Below, in pieces: positions 49,162-63,142 of a stretch of 64,000 nucleotides of DNA; positions within the stretch are counted from its first letter, which is position 1, and every line of letters begins with the position of its first letter. The position numbers and the translations under genes were made by a program. The notes under the pieces are model-generated. The model was given only the letters and a program-made list of their open reading frames with translations. It searched no databases and was not told the origin of the DNA. This stretch comes from Toensbergia leucococca (taxonomy: Eukaryota), in NCBI GenBank assembly GCA_022813965.1, contig JALDZS010000010.1, positions 124,001 through 188,000 of the forward strand, read 5' to 3'.

Positions 49162-50709
49162 GTTCACCACACCTTGTTCATTCCGCTTTCCTTTCTTTTT
49201 TCTTTTCTTACCTAATCCCCTCCATCTCATACACATATGCCTTACTTGTACTTCTGACCGCAAAACTTCAACATTTCACTGCAACCGTTTTACTTTATCT
49301 ATATCAACCCCTCTGCATTTGATAGAAAACCGTCTCAATTCTAACCTCCCCGCCCTCAGGAAACACTTTCGCTCCCGATCCCGCTCCCGCTCTCCCTCAG
49401 CCATTATCCGCCGCCCAACCCGCCAACGCGACGTTGCCGCCGACCATCCCCAGCCACGACAACGCCGACAACCTACATCGGACAGCGATTCTCCCACTGA
49501 TCCTGCCTCAGACAACGATTCCGAGAACTTGTTGAATACCTTCTCCCCGGTTCCTTATCGCAAGGATAAGACGTAAGGGAATCAGATGCTATCAGTCAGG
49601 CAAAAGCCTATCGGAGCGCTTTCTTTGTAGACCTTTTGTTTTCGGTCTTTGAGCCACGGAGTAAAGCATTGAGCAAGGTTAGCTTGGTGGGGTGTGGAAT
49701 CTTGGTTTATTTCGAGGCAATGCGCCCCGTTAGCTTCACAGAATACTTTCTCTACATTCATCAAGTCAATGTTCCTCTCCTGTTAAACGCTATGAACTCC
49801 CACTTTCTCCCTCAGTCTAGCCCTCAGAAAACCACAACCCTCATGTATTCAGTACATAAGCCTCCTCCCTCATGGGCAAAATCACCCTTTCATACCAAAT
49901 TGAACCCATGCTTCACAGGAGAATGAACCCATCTTTCAACTTTATAATGCGCCCCTTCCCGAAATACCACTTTTCAATCCTCAAAATCCTAGCCCTGCCC
50001 CTCTTCATCATCACTCCCTTCCCCCGGACCCATGCACATTCAACACTCTTTTCTAAAAGTGAAGCACTGATTCCTATCAGTCAATTTGACTTACTCCGAC
50101 TAACCAAAGAAAAGCTATGAATTAGATCAGCTTTGAGAAGGGAAGGCAGAGAGTCAGATTAGAATACAGATGAGGTGTTTCTGCTGTGCTGAGCCTGACA
50201 ATGACAAGAATAGAATAGGATAATTTTTTGACTGTGATGAGCATAGATTGATGCAGTCCTGGCATCTCATTCACCAATTTTTCAGTGAATGCTTTCATGA
50301 TGAGAAAAATCACGTGAGGCTGAGATGTGATTGATCTTGTGTGAGGCTTCAATTACTTTGAAGATCTTTGTGTTGATGAGCTCAAGCGCATCATGCCTAT
50401 CTACCACCTACCTATACAAGTGTAATTTATTACTCCGAAGATGTTGCTAGGATGTATTCTAATTGAGGGCTTGGGGATTTCACTCATCTCCTTCTACGTT
50501 TACTTGGTTTAACCACTCATAGCTATGAATGCGCATCAACACGCAACCTGACAAAATACATTTTACGAGGTTCTGTTTGTGTCTGACTTTTATTTCTTGA
50601 AGATCTCAGCGCTCCTCGACGTTAGCTGACATCACTAATAATGGTACAGAGACCTGATTGCCACGCTGAACAATCTGTATCAGCCCATCCTCGTCTGGAT
50701 CTCATGGCA

Positions 50710-52011
50710 CTACAGATAGAGGGATGAACCTATTGAAACTACTGACTCCCAGTCCCAATCTTCGTTCTCAGCATCATGTCTGAGATTCACCGTACGCTGA
50801 TGCTCGTTCCACCAATGCTCGTTCCACCAATCTCTCATAAAGCCTTTCCACTCTTGCTCTCTCAATTCCAATTCCGACGGTGACGCCACCCGAGTCACCC
50901 ATTCCTTGTCTGTCACTTTTTCCGGAGGTGCCTTGGGCATGCATCGGAAAACCTCCGCACAAAGGGCCGAAACATTGTAAGGAAGTATTGAATATCCGAA
51001 TCCTAGCCAAATGTCGCAGCGTGAACACACTCGAGCGAATTTCATCCCATAACTCCGCAGTTTCTTCATACTGCAATCACAAAGAATGGGCCCAGGATAA
51101 CAGTGTTTGTCTTGACGCTGGTGACGCCAAGGCTGATACAAGTGTACTATCGAAGGGTCGCCCATTCGTACATGGGAGCAAATTCTAAGGTCGAACTTGT
51201 TCAAAGCTTCAGCCACACTGTCCTTGGGAACGGGTTTCGATCTGCTGGACGCTCGGACTATTGGCCATGAAAGATGAGTACTATGTTTATGGAAACTAAT
51301 GCGATGGTCCTGGCATTGCCATCGAGACCCAGCCAATTCCTGGTAGATGCTCGATCGATCATCCGACAGCCAATCTCTGACCTGATTAATATCAAAGACT
51401 TTGCAGGGACAAATCCACAGTCTTCCCCGAACTCCCACGCATTCTCTTTCAACCGGAGATTTTTCGAGTTCAACAGGATCGAATAGCTTGGTCTTATGCC
51501 TCATCATGCATTTGCTGCAAAATTCCTCCAAACGAACTTTCCGTCTGAATATTCCAGTCCTCTTTTTCTGAGGGCGGTCTCGCTTCATTAACCATAGGAA
51601 CACCTCTCGCTCAAAAATCTCGACTTCATGCCCGGGTGTTGGTAGACGCCGTGGTATGAATAGATTTAGCATTGAAAAGCCTTGGTTGTGGAGAAACTGC
51701 TTGAAAAATCTGCAAGTGTAGCTCAAACACAATTTGCCGCTGGGCGGCAAATATTTAACCACCTCTGTGATCAGCTCCACTGGAAAAACATGCAAACTTG
51801 CAATCGTGGGAGAATCTGTGTCATTGAGGTTTGTTGGAAGGACATGCCGGCTTGTGTTTGAAGAGGAAGATGCGACGATAGTACGTTGCTTGACTTGATT
51901 CGTCCCGTTTTGGTCTTTGGCTTCGGTTTTGGTGCGACGGTGGGAAAATGAGCCACGAGCTTTGCTTCGCAAACTACGAAGGATCGATGGGATGACTGAA
52001 ATGACTTTCAT
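50710..52011 (-). CDS. F-box domain protein
   Basis: LHVFPVELITEVVKYLPPSGKLCLSYTCRFF, followed by a Cys/His-rich region (CSKCMMRH, C.G..G.LWICPC, ICSH). Confidence 0.7.
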   Translation of the reverse strand: MKVISVIPSILRSLRSKARGSFSHRRTKTEAKDQNGTNQVKQRTIVASSSSNTSRHVLPTNLNDTDSPTIASLHVFPVELITEVVKYLPPSGKLCLSYTCRFFKQFLHNQGFSMLNLFIPRRLPTPGHEVEIFEREVFLWLMKRDRPQKKRTGIFRRKVRLEEFCSKCMMRHKTKLFDPVELEKSPVERECVGVRGRLWICPCKVFDINQVRDWLSDDRSSIYQELAGSRWQCQDHRISFHKHSTHLSWPIVRASSRSKPVPKDSVAEALNKFDLRICSHVRMGDPSIVHLYQPWRHQRQDKHCYPGPILCDCSMKKLRSYGMKFARVCSRCDIWLGFGYSILPYNVSALCAEVFRCMPKAPPEKVTDKEWVTRVASPSELELREQEWKGFMRDWWNEHWWNEHQRTVNLRHDAENEDWDWESVVSIGSSLYL

Positions 52012-53188
52012 TGTGTATGGTATTGCTGTCACGAGCGCCACAGCTGTGGAGATTGGGCCACGAAAGGAAGCCTTTCGGCTTTGGGTGTTGTTCGATGCAC
52101 TCTCACCACCATGTCCAGAGGAAGAATATTCACCTTGATATATGCACTCGGCTAATTCAATCTAGTCAAGACTGCACATTCACGGTGTTACTAGATCGGC
52201 GCGGTCTGTCGCGGTGAGACGCGTCTTGAGGTATTCACGGTGAGTTGGATCAAGAGCTTGGGAGCTTGAGCAGAGCCTCTACCCAAGACCAACATCCAGG
52301 ACGTTTGATTCTACACAGTATCACCTCAGTTGCAATGATTCTGAAATGACAATCTCTTCTCAGACAGCAGGTATCAAGTCCTCTGAAAGCACCAGTCAAG
52401 AATCACCTCATCAGCATTATCATCAAGCATTATCATCAAGCATACTGATAGAACATTTTGAATCCATCAACACTCACACTCTCATTTCACTCACCTCATC
52501 AAATAAATTGTCAAAGCTTATCTCTCCCTTTTCTCACAGAACCCCTTTAAACCCTTACACATATACACAAAATCCTCAATCTGAATATCACGCTTCTCCA
52601 CAAGAGTCAGCTAAATCTAACAGCTATCAAAAAATTTCATGCAAGCAGATATATGCACTCAGTACTTCTTACATGAAGATATAAGTTTTTGTTCTTTCTT
52701 CTGAAGTATGATATCTCACTTCCCTTACACTCTTTTTTAAAAAAGAAACACATTAACAGAGAATTGTTCAGCTGATGAAATCATTCAACATAAAGTCTCT
52801 TATAAAAAACAATAAAGTCACTACCTAATACAAACCAACATCAAACCCTCCCCTCTTTTTTTTCTTCCTCTGCCTTGCATCAGAGACACCTCATTACTAA
52901 AAAGAGAGTACAAGAAAGGGATACACTCAGAGAAAACATCTCAAGTCAAGAAATCTGTAGTAGTCAATCACAATACAACCTCAATGTCCTCAAACGTAAT
53001 ACATGAAGTTAGCTTTTGTGAACCAATATATACATAATATACACACACGCCTTAGATCTTCATCTGCAACCCTTCCCTCTCTGCTCAAATCTAGCACCCG
53101 CCGCACCCAAGCGCCATCCACTCTTTCAAACCAACGCCAAATCCCACCCCTACATTACCGTGATATAACCCCACGCTCACAAAATTAA

Positions 53189-56100
53189 TCATACACCCCA
53201 AAACACCCCTTCCAAACCACTTACAAACCCATCAACCCCTCCCAACCAACCCCAAACGCCCCACCCCACAATTCCCCCCCAAAACCACCACCTCCCCATC
53301 TCCGATCCCCTCCCCGCACCTCCCTCAAACCCAAGCACCCCCTGCGTCTCCACCGTCGCTCCCCCCGTCCCCTCCAACCCAACACTACTAGTCCCAATAA
53401 CCAGCGTCCCGCCAGCCTCAAGACTGACCGGCGTTCCAGAAATAGTGATTCCGCTCCCGCCAGCAGTGAGGGTGTGACCATCGATGGAGAAGGAGGAGGG
53501 GTCGGCGGTAAAGGTTTGGCCTGCTATAGTGAAGACAGAGGTAGGTGAGGCGGAGTTGATTTTGATGGTTGAGATGCCTATGGCGAGGATGCCGTTGGAG
53601 GCGAGTGAGATGGGGGTTCCGGAAATGGTGATGCCGCTGCCGCCGGCGGTGAGGGTTTGACCGTCGATAGAGAAGGATGAGGGATTGGCGGTGAAGGTTT
53701 GACCCGCTACGGTAAAGACGGAGGGCGTGGGCAAGTTGAGATTGATGATTGAGGTGCCTATGGCGAGGATACCGTCGGAAGCAAGTGAGATCGGAGTCCC
53801 GGAGATAGTGACGCCGCTACCGCCGGCGGTGATCATATGGCCATCGATTGAGAAAGCTGAGGCTGCGGCTGCGGCTGTAAAAGTTTGGCCTGCTACAGTG
53901 AAGACGGAGGGGGTGGGTAAATTAAGGTTGACTGTTGAACTACCTATGATTGCGACGCCTGAGGGAGCAAGGGAGATGGGCGTTCCGGCTATTGTGATGG
54001 CTGGACCGCCTGGTATAAGAGTGGATCCTGCAACGATCAAGGCCGTGGGATTGGCGGTTATGGCTTGGCCGCCGACGGTGAAGACGTCTGCTGAAGGACC
54101 GCCAGGAGAGACGACCACGACACTGCCTGATGGAGCAACGGAGAAGACTTGACCGGAGACGATAGCAGCGTTTCCACCGGCTGTGAGCGTTGTGCCGCCA
54201 ATTGCAATTGCAGATGCGCTAACTGCGGTGAATTGCTGGTCGGTTGCTGCTGGTACTTCAGAGCCTTGGGCTGCTGCAGCTGTCGTTGGGAAAGCAACTG
54301 TGCTTGCACCTATGATGAGGACTCCAGATGGGGCAATCGAGATGAGGGTTCCACCGACAGTTGCAGCTGGACCACCTGGTGTGATTACTGTCCCTTCAAC
54401 AAAAATCGCAGAAGCGGAAGGCTGGGCGGTGATAGCTGACCCAGCGACTGTCAAGACAATACCAGTGCTGGTGGTTGGGTTTATTGGGATCAAAGTCGAA
54501 GCTCCTCCAAAGGCACTGTAGATAATACTACCAACATGCGATCCTACATCTGCTGCAGATGAAGTCTGAGAGATAGCTGCCGTACCAATGGATTGGTCAC
54601 TAGCGGGAGCTGCACTGGACCCAGCAGTGGGAGGTTGTCCAGCGTTGACAGCTGAGGATGATCCTGGATCGCCATCAGACGATGTTCCTGACCTCGCTGT
54701 AGATTGCGCTGGAGTTGTGTCGGCTGAGGTCGACTCAGCAAGTGAAGTACCTGGATCTGCTGGAGACTGGCCGGGATTAGCGGAGGACTGAGCCGGACTT
54801 GCGTTTGCGGTTGACCCCGGGTCAAGAGTAGCCGAAGTCCCTGGATCTACAGAAATTTGTCCTGGGTCAGATGAAGAGACGGTTTCGGATTCCAAGCTTG
54901 GTACACTACTTTGTGTATTTACTGGCGCTCGGGTTGTCGGTGGAGCGACAGGAGAAGGCGTGGCTGAAGGCGTTGCTGAAATAGTCTCAGGCACCGCAGG
55001 AGGCACTGAGGTAGGTCCAATTAAAGCTCCCACTGGAGTCAAGGCGTGTGGAGGATCATAAATTGCCCACGAGGCAAGATGATCGCCTTCTTGCTCAAAA
55101 TCGGAGCAATGCTCCCAATTTGGGTCCAGTTCCGTCAGTTGAGGAGGAGGGGCGATGAGCGGATTGAAAGGAGCTCCCACAATCAGGTCACCATTAGGAG
55201 CCGTAGTTGATGCAATACCCCATGTCGGGCAAGCAAGATCTGTTACTTGAACCTCGTTGGTGTACGGGGCGTTCAAAAAATTGGGTTGGTAGAAGATACT
55301 GCCTCCAACTGGTGTGGCCCAAGAATATGATGATAGAGCCCCTGAGGTTAGAGGAATGATGGCGTTGGTGTACTGCGAACCAACTACTCCGCAGAAATCT
55401 GTAACATTTGCAGTCCCTAGGACTTGTAAATAGATCGAGGGCGAAGTGCTAAATACATATCAGCACTACTTTTCACATAGCCAGCCGAAAGCATCCACGA
55501 CATTGAGTGACCTACAACGTATATCCTTCATAAACGGCAGTACTACCTCTGGCTGTCTGCGTTGGTAGAGATGCCGATGCCGTAATGTTGTCATAGGTTG
55601 ATTTGGCTTGATTACACGGCGGGGCCGACGGGTCCGGGAAATAGATGACTCGAACCCGAGGCACGTTGAGAACGCAATATCCGCAGCAGTAAAAATATTC
55701 GCCGCCCCACATGGCCATTACACCAGGCGGTATGTAGGCTTCCCAATTAGTGATCTTGCTCGGACAGCCAGATAATGTAGGCGCCGGTAGTGAAACAGAA
55801 GTGGTGGCTGTGACATTGTTTAGGTCCTCTAAAAATTGGGCATAGGATGTACATTCTGGACTCCGAGCGAAACTTGATAGCCAGGTAGGAAGTTCGGTGC
55901 CAGCATCTGGCCCTGGCCAGACAATGGCTGGACTATATGCGCCGGCAGTGCCTGAGGGCACGGCGGTCTCTGCTTGAGCGGAGAGGTATGAAGAGCAAGG
56001 AACGACTGTGGTGGTGGTTGCGCTGCCCAAGTCAATGCCAACGGTCACTGGCGCGGTTTGACAAAGGGCGCCAAATATATCGCAGTCTCCTGCTTGAGTA

Positions 56101-56351
56101 GAGGACAGTGGAATGTAGTTGGGATACGATAGACCCCACCAGATGGTTGCATTGTTTCCCGTAGTCGTTGACGCTGCAGCTGAGGTCACTGGCGCTGTGG
56201 TGTTGCCTTTTGTTTGTCATTCGTAAGTAACGGAAAGTATTGTAAAGCAATGCACAAGCACGAGACTGATAGATAGCTCACCGACAGCAATGGCTTGAGT
56301 GACGGCAAGGAAAAACAGATGGCAAAACAAAATGAATGATATGGGCGACAT
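53189..56351 (-). CDS. Secreted, probably GPI-anchored Ser/Thr/Ala/Gly-rich cell-surface glycoprotein with about 50-aa repeats; at least 3 exons
   Basis: Signal exon MSPISFILFCHLFFLAVTQAIAV (ATG 56351) and a Cys-rich domain (CCGYCVLNVPRVRVIYFP). Repeats of PSVFTVAGQTFTA..FSIDGQTLTAGGSGITISGTPISLAS. C-terminal FEGGAGR followed by a hydrophobic tail. Confidence 0.75.
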
Positions 56352-57224
56352 TATCGCGCTGAGCTACGCCAAAAGATAGGAATGGAATAGCAAGCGCATG
56401 GTCAGAGACTGTATCCTTGAGCGAAGAGAATGAGACTCTGATCAATGGCGCAATACGGATACTTAACGAGGCCTCCATGTTTAGACAGTGGTGGCACAGG
56501 TGGGGAGGTGGGGTAGTCAGCTAATCAGCAAGATCCGCTTGACTCATGAGTGTTGGGCATGGAAAGTCTAGAATATCCCAGGGGACACGGAGATGTAGCT
56601 TGGAATGGCCTATTCTAAGGGCGCAAAGTCTAAAAGGTCGCATTTATAGAACCCAGTTCAGGGGTGTTGGTTGTACGCCGTAGGGCTCGGCGAAATGACC
56701 ACTTGCAGAACTGCAGCTTGCATGCATATCAAAGACGACGTTGTGTGATTGGACCACTCACAAGACTGTCATTTAATGTGTGTTTGTATCACACATAAAA
56801 CGGATAGGTACCTTAGTTAGTAAAGGTGTTTCGTCACAGGGTTATTGTAGTCGAGCTGAGGAACCGAAAACTAGAAAAGCCAGGGAACAGCCCGAACCAA
56901 TTGGAGATGCCATTTCAATATCTTATCAACTTGGCTTTGATCGGATCTGACTCTGCTGATCCTCCCGTGCCCATCAGGAACGAAGGATTGCGGGTGAAGC
57001 CACAACTCCAAAACAGCCTAGAAAGGCCTGTTCCCTGTTCTTCACCGTCTTTGCCGGTACTAGAATATTTATCCAACATGTTCCCGCTTTTTCTGCCATC
57101 AGATACGTGCAAGACTGGATACATGCGAGAACCGCGAGCATACCAGTACGTAGCCTTGCTCTACCATGAAAGCATTACGGTACTGATATTGACTTACTTA
57201 CCATAGCCATCATCCTACGACAAT

Positions 57225-59858
57225 ATGGGCACCCTGACTAATGCAATCCTCACAACCCCGATCATCGACCACCACGCACACAATCTCCTGCTTCCCAACA
57301 TCGCTGACCACTCATCTCTGTCTATCACCACTGAGGCCTGCGGTGAAGCCCTCCAGTATTGCCCCTCATCTCTATCCCATATCCGAGCTGTGAAGCAGCT
57401 TGCAGACATACTCGACTGCGAACCGACATGGGACGTTGTGGAAAGCCGATTAGAAACGGAAAGAACGAGGCCACATCATGCCTGGGCTCGAAGGTGTTTT
57501 CAAGGAATTGAATGTGTACTTATTGATGATGGCCTCGACGAAAAGACCGTTCATCCATACCAGTGGCATAATCGCCTGACTCATTCCCACTGCAAGAGAA
57601 TTGTGAGGATCGAGAAGGTGGCAGAGGAAACTGTCAGGCTGGCTCTTCAAGAATATAAGACACGACCTTCCCCAGGTTATGATCTGTTGACTGGCATAAG
57701 ATTTCGATTCAAGCACGCTATCCAAGTTGCATTGCGGGACCCTAATGTTGCTGGATTCAAGTCTGTCATTTGTTACCGCACAGGCTTGGCCATCCCACCT
57801 TACCGCGACATAGATCTTCAGGAAGGGACAAGGTCGTTACTGAAGTTTGAGAACCCTGCGAGTTTTACACGTTTAGAAGATGAAAATCTTGGACCTTGGT
57901 TCGTACATTTGACTGCTCAAGTGCTTGCAGATAGTTCAGATGACTCACCCTATCGCAAGCCATTTCAATTCCACACTGGTCTTGGTGACAATGATTTGAG
58001 CCTGCGGCTTGCATCTCCTTCCCATCTGCAGTATTTCATCAAGCATTATCCAGAGGTCCAAATTGTTCTCCTTCATGCGAGCTACCCTTTCACCCAAGAG
58101 GCCGCATATTTTGCGAGTACCTATGCCAACGTGTTCATGGATATCGGAGAAGTGTTCCCAATGGTTAGTCAAGATGGCCAAGAGAAGGTTATCAGAGAAG
58201 CTCTAGAACTCTGTCCGTCCGAGAAGTTGATGTGGAGTACTGATGGGCACCGCTTTCCCGAGACCTACCTGCTTGCCGTTATACAGGTTCGGGAAGCAAT
58301 GGAGCAGGTAAAGTGGAATCGTCTGGTTGATTGGTGACGTGGTTTATTAAGCCCCTCTCTGCAGGTCTTACAGGCTTACGTACGCCACAAGAGCTTGACT
58401 GCTTCGCAAGCCATCAAGATTGTCAAGGACGTATTCTTCAATACATCGAACTCCCTATACAATCTCAATCTTTCCATTCTAGCATCATCCGTGTCACCTA
58501 CAAGCGAATCCAGTCTCCTGAGAAACTTTAGGAAAAATATAGAATCTACCGACTTCGAAATCTTAACGGTCTTTCTACGCAAGAATCCTTCAGTCAAATA
58601 TTTTCGTTGCCAATGGTTAGACTACACTTCTACATTGCGAGTTCGCGTCTTGACGGTAAAGCACGCTCTCGAATTGACTGGTGCGGGAAAGTCTGTAAGT
58701 GTTTTGTCTGGAATTATGGGACTTCTTCAGAACGATTCTATGGCCCCCGGATTTACTGCCATAGGCTTGAGAAATCTGTGCCCTCGCTTCGACAGTCTGC
58801 GACTTGGTCAGAGAGGGGGCTATGCAATGCTTCAATGCGAATTGCAAGAGGTGAACGGCGAAGATGCTGAAGACTGTCCCAGAACACTATTGAGAAATGT
58901 GGTAAAGAGAGCCAAAAGAGAGGGAGTCGAGTTTCTCGTCGGACACGAAATCGAAGTTGTCTTCATGAAATCCACGATCAGAGATGGCCGTATTATCTAC
59001 GGCCATGGACCGATCAGCGAAGGCCATGCCTGGTCCACCTCCCGTGCCCTTGTAGGTGGCGATATCCTTAGCGCTGTAGAATCCATCGCGGAAACCTTGG
59101 AGAGATGCGGCATCGATCTCCAACAGTTCCACGCTGAAAGTGCGCCAGGCCAGTATGAATTCGTGACTGGTCCCTTACCCCCTCTCGAAGCGGCAGACAG
59201 TCTTCTAGCGACGAGAGAAATCATCTCCGCGACGGCCATGAAATATTCTCTCCGCGCCACGATAATCCCAAAACCATATACGAATCACTGTGGATCGGGA
59301 TGTCACAACCACATCTCAGTTGTACCTGCTGAAAAACACGTATCCTTCTATGCAGGGATATTGAAGCACCTGCCCGCTATCATAGCGTTCACCTACCCTA
59401 ATATCTCCAGCTACGAGAGAGTTCAAGATTCTGTCTGGTGCGGCGGCAAATGGGTTGCATGGGGTACCTACAACCGAGAAACGCCTCTTCGCAAGATTGA
59501 GGGTGCGCACTGGGAAATTAAATGCGTAGACGGCATGGCTAATCCCTACCTCGCTCTGGGCGCAATCCTCGGAGCCGGCCTCCAAGGCGTTCAGGACGGG
59601 GACAGCATGCTAATCAAGGACTGCACCGTCGATCCGGCCACACTGAAGAAGTCGCAACGAAAGGATTTGGGGATCAATGTCTCTCTTCCGACGACTATTA
59701 CCGAGGCTTTGAAAAACTTGAAGGATGATGCAACGCTGAGGGGGATTGTGGGGCAGAAGGTTGTGGATACGTATTTGGCGGTGAAGAAGGCGGAGAATGA
59801 GATGCTTGTCAAGATGGAGCCGGAGGAGAGAAGGCAGTGGTTGATTGAAAGGTATTGA
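57225..59858 (+). CDS. fluG: FluG-like protein (amidohydrolase fused to glutamine synthetase-like domain)
   Basis: N-half has IIDHHAHNL, GFKSVICYRTGL, QFHTGLGDND, LLHASYPF and WSTDGH. In-frame intron 58308-58364. C-half has GHEIE, HAESAPGQYEF, GSGCHNHIS, NRETPLR and EIKCVDGMANPY. Confidence 0.88.
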
Positions 59859-60238
59859 TCTCCGTCTTGACTCAAAATACCAATTTACAGAGTGCGTGTC
59901 CATACTTTCGCCGCAAGTCAGAGGCTTGTTAAGCATGTGGCTCGTAGACTGCAGACTACCGGCGGCGACTATGCAAGAGATGGCACGATTCATTATTACT
60001 CTACAGCATTGATGGATCTGTGCTCTATCTTCAGACTTTCAGAGTTTGCTTTTTTTCTCCTTCAATTCTGTATCTGCATGGATATGGTCTTTCTGCCAGT
60101 TTCCGCTGCATCTAACCGTCCCTGGATCTTCTATTTACAATGAACGAAGCGCCTTTTTAACCTTTTCAAGTTCGTTCTCACTCTTCAATTATCTCGCGTT
60201 TTCTCCTTCCAGTCGCTTTCACCGATAGAATAGTCACC

Positions 60239-62572
60239 ATGGACATTGAAGACTTGTCAAACCTCAAGTCGTATGTCCCGCTTTTGGAGAAAATGAAGCA
60301 AAGACTCCGGGATGCCAGTAAACGCCAGGGAGAAGTTCCCAAGAAGAGGAAATCTCGTGCAAACGCCATTCAAGACTACGTGAGTCAATATGACAGAACC
60401 CATTATCAACTTCTTATCTCGTTTGTTGAATCGCCGTACTTGCCATCTACGGCTCCCTTGAGTGAGCTGCAGAAAATTCTGTTCAAGGAAATGCGGCTAG
60501 AGACACATCATCGCGGTTTCTACGTCCTGGCAAAAGTCATCACGCGACCTGACAGAAAGACCGCAATCATGGCGCTCATAGAAGACGAGGCGGATGAAGT
60601 GCTTCTCCTCCACCTCCACCAGCAACACAATGAGCACGTTCGACCCACGGAGGATGTGATACGAGAACACAGCGTCTGCATCATCAAAGAGCCTTACTTC
60701 AAATCTATAGGCCACGGCAACGACGTCTTGAGCGTCGATCACGTGAGCGATCTGCTTTGGCTGACCGAAGATGACGAGAGGATTCCGCTGCAGTGGCGCC
60801 CGCGCATCAGCCAGCTCGACAAATCGGCAGTGGAGTGGAAAGAGGAGGGCAACGAAGCCATTACGAACGGAAAGATACAAGAAGCGATCGAGAAGCAAGC
60901 TGTGCTATACATTCCGGGAGATTTGACAGATTATGCTGACGGCTTGCACCAGATACGCCTCCGGCCTCAAACGCATTTGCACGACCTCACAAGCCCAGAC
61001 CCTAAAGCTCAACCGAGCTTGCGCATACTTGCAACTTCGCCATTACGACGCCGCCCTGGAAGATGCCAACTGCTGTCTCGACACGGAAAAGGGGTTATTT
61101 GGTGCGGCGCAAGCGTTCTACGGCCTCAGACAATTCCACAAGTGCTACGACACGCTCACGCTTCTCCTGGAAAAGTATCCTGCAAACCAGGCCGGCAAGA
61201 ATGAACTCTCCCGCACTAATGCTCGACTGAAGGAGCAGGAACACGGCCGCTTCGACTTTAATCCTATGCACGTTGCCGCAGTGAAGTCCAAGTCGCCGAA
61301 CCTCGATCACGCAACGTACATGAGACCGGTAGCGATTCAGGAAACCTCCGATGGCCGTGGCCGTGGTCTGTTTACCACTCGCGCCGTCAAAGCGGGAGAA
61401 CTGTTGCTGTGCGAAAAAGCATTCGCGTATTCCTATGCCGACATAAACGATGCAGACACTCGCTCGAAAATCAGCGTGCTGATGAACACCTACACCAACC
61501 GCATTGTAATGGGGACGCAAGATGATCTCATCAAAGAGATTGCACAGCATCTTCTGCGAACCCCTTCCCTTGCTCCAGCATTTATATCGCTTCATCACGG
61601 TGATTACGAGGCACTTGCGCCCTTGTCCGTGGATGGCATGCCTATCATTGACACGTACGTCAAGTCTCCTATATTCCTAAACTTCAAATACAAACCCAAC
61701 AGCTAACACAACCTCCCAGCTTCCTTATCGACCGCATCATCTCTCTCAACGCCATCGGCTGCCCCAAAACCACCCCAAAACTTCATCAGAAAAAAGACAG
61801 CCCCTCCACCTCTCATAACTCCACCCGGCACAAATCCTGCGGCATCTGGATCCTCGCATCCCATCTCAACCACAGCTGCACTAGCACCGCCCGCTGCAGC
61901 TTCATCGGCGACATGCTCCTCCTCCGCGCCACCCGCGACCTCTCCGCCAACACCGAGCTAACTCACTGGTACCACGCCCCCAGCCCCACCAATGCCGCTG
62001 AGCGCAAGGAAAAATTTCTACAGACCTGGGTATTTGAGTGCAAGTGCGCTCTGTGCATCTACGAGCAAGCGACCCCGAAAAGAATGCTCGGCAAACGAGC
62101 AGCGCTGCTTCAGGACCTAGCTGCTGCGTTCGAGGTGACAGACGGGGTGGATTCTGCAAAGGCGGAGCGGCTCCTCGCTGCGATCGAGAAGACCTACCGT
62201 TGCCCGGCTGCGGAGGTCCCGCGCTTAGACCTGTGGGAAACGTATCTTGCGCTCGCGCGCTTGCATGCTGAGCGGAAACAGCATGCCAAGGTTGTGGTGG
62301 CGCTGTTGAAGCTGTTGGGGTCGCTGGGCTATGTTATTGAGGGGGCGGAGGCTACGGGGGCGGGTGCTGTGGATACTATGCCGGCAAGGGTACAACGGTG
62401 GGGACTTGGGGTTGACTGCGCGGTTGAGGTTTGGGTGCGTTTGAGGGAGGCGTATGGGGTTTTGAGACCGGAGTTGGGGAGTTGGGCTGAGGAGTGCGCG
62501 AGGATTTGTTGGCGAGTTGGGGTCGGGGTTGAGGGGGGGGTTGAGGAGGTTTGGGGGAGGGGGAATGAGTAG
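60239..62572 (+). CDS. TPR plus SET domain protein, 3 exons
   Basis: LETHHRG, IIKEPYFK, TPR helices (WKEEGNEA, LNRACAYL), GRGLFTTRAVKAGELLLCEKAF, SHLNHSC, ELTHWY and FECKCALC. Introns 60895-60952 (GC-AG) and about 61655-61719. Confidence 0.85.
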
Positions 62573-63079
62573 GGGGGTTGGGAGGTTGTGGGATATGGTG
62601 CTCTGTTTTGTGAGGGATTTTGGGGCAGAGGAAGAGACCTTCTTTTTCCGGGGGAGGTGGAGTCGATGTTATTGTCGATCTAGTTTTTTGGTGAGATTTT
62701 GAGGGTGAGGGCTTTGAAGGATTGACTTCTACCTACTCTCATTTGTAGCTTTTTCATCAACTTACACCCCCCCCTCTCGCTCATCATTTCTATGTACAAC
62801 AAATAAATCAAAAGCACAGCAACCAAAAGTTACAGCTAATAACTCTATTTCTACTTAATTACTCACCCTTTCAACAGCATAAGCAATTTAGAATCTATCA
62901 GACTCTGACTCAGCTCTCACTTTTTCTTGGATTTGAAGGGATGAGAGAAGGTTGTGATGTTAGGTTTTAGGTGGTATGAATGAGGGGTTTTTCTTGGGGG
63001 GGGGTGGGTTTGAGAGGTTTGGTGGGTTGGTGGGTTTGTGGGGTTGTGAGTTTGTGATGAGTTGGTGAGTTGATGATTT

Positions 63080-63142
63080 GGTGAGTTTGATGAGTTTGAT
63101 GAGTTTGATGAGTTTGATGAGTTTGTGAGTTTGTGAGTTTGT
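63080..63142. repeat. Short tandem repeat (gagtttgat)n within G/T-rich low-complexity DNA
   Basis: About 5 perfect copies plus degenerate gagtttgt copies. Confidence 0.8.
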
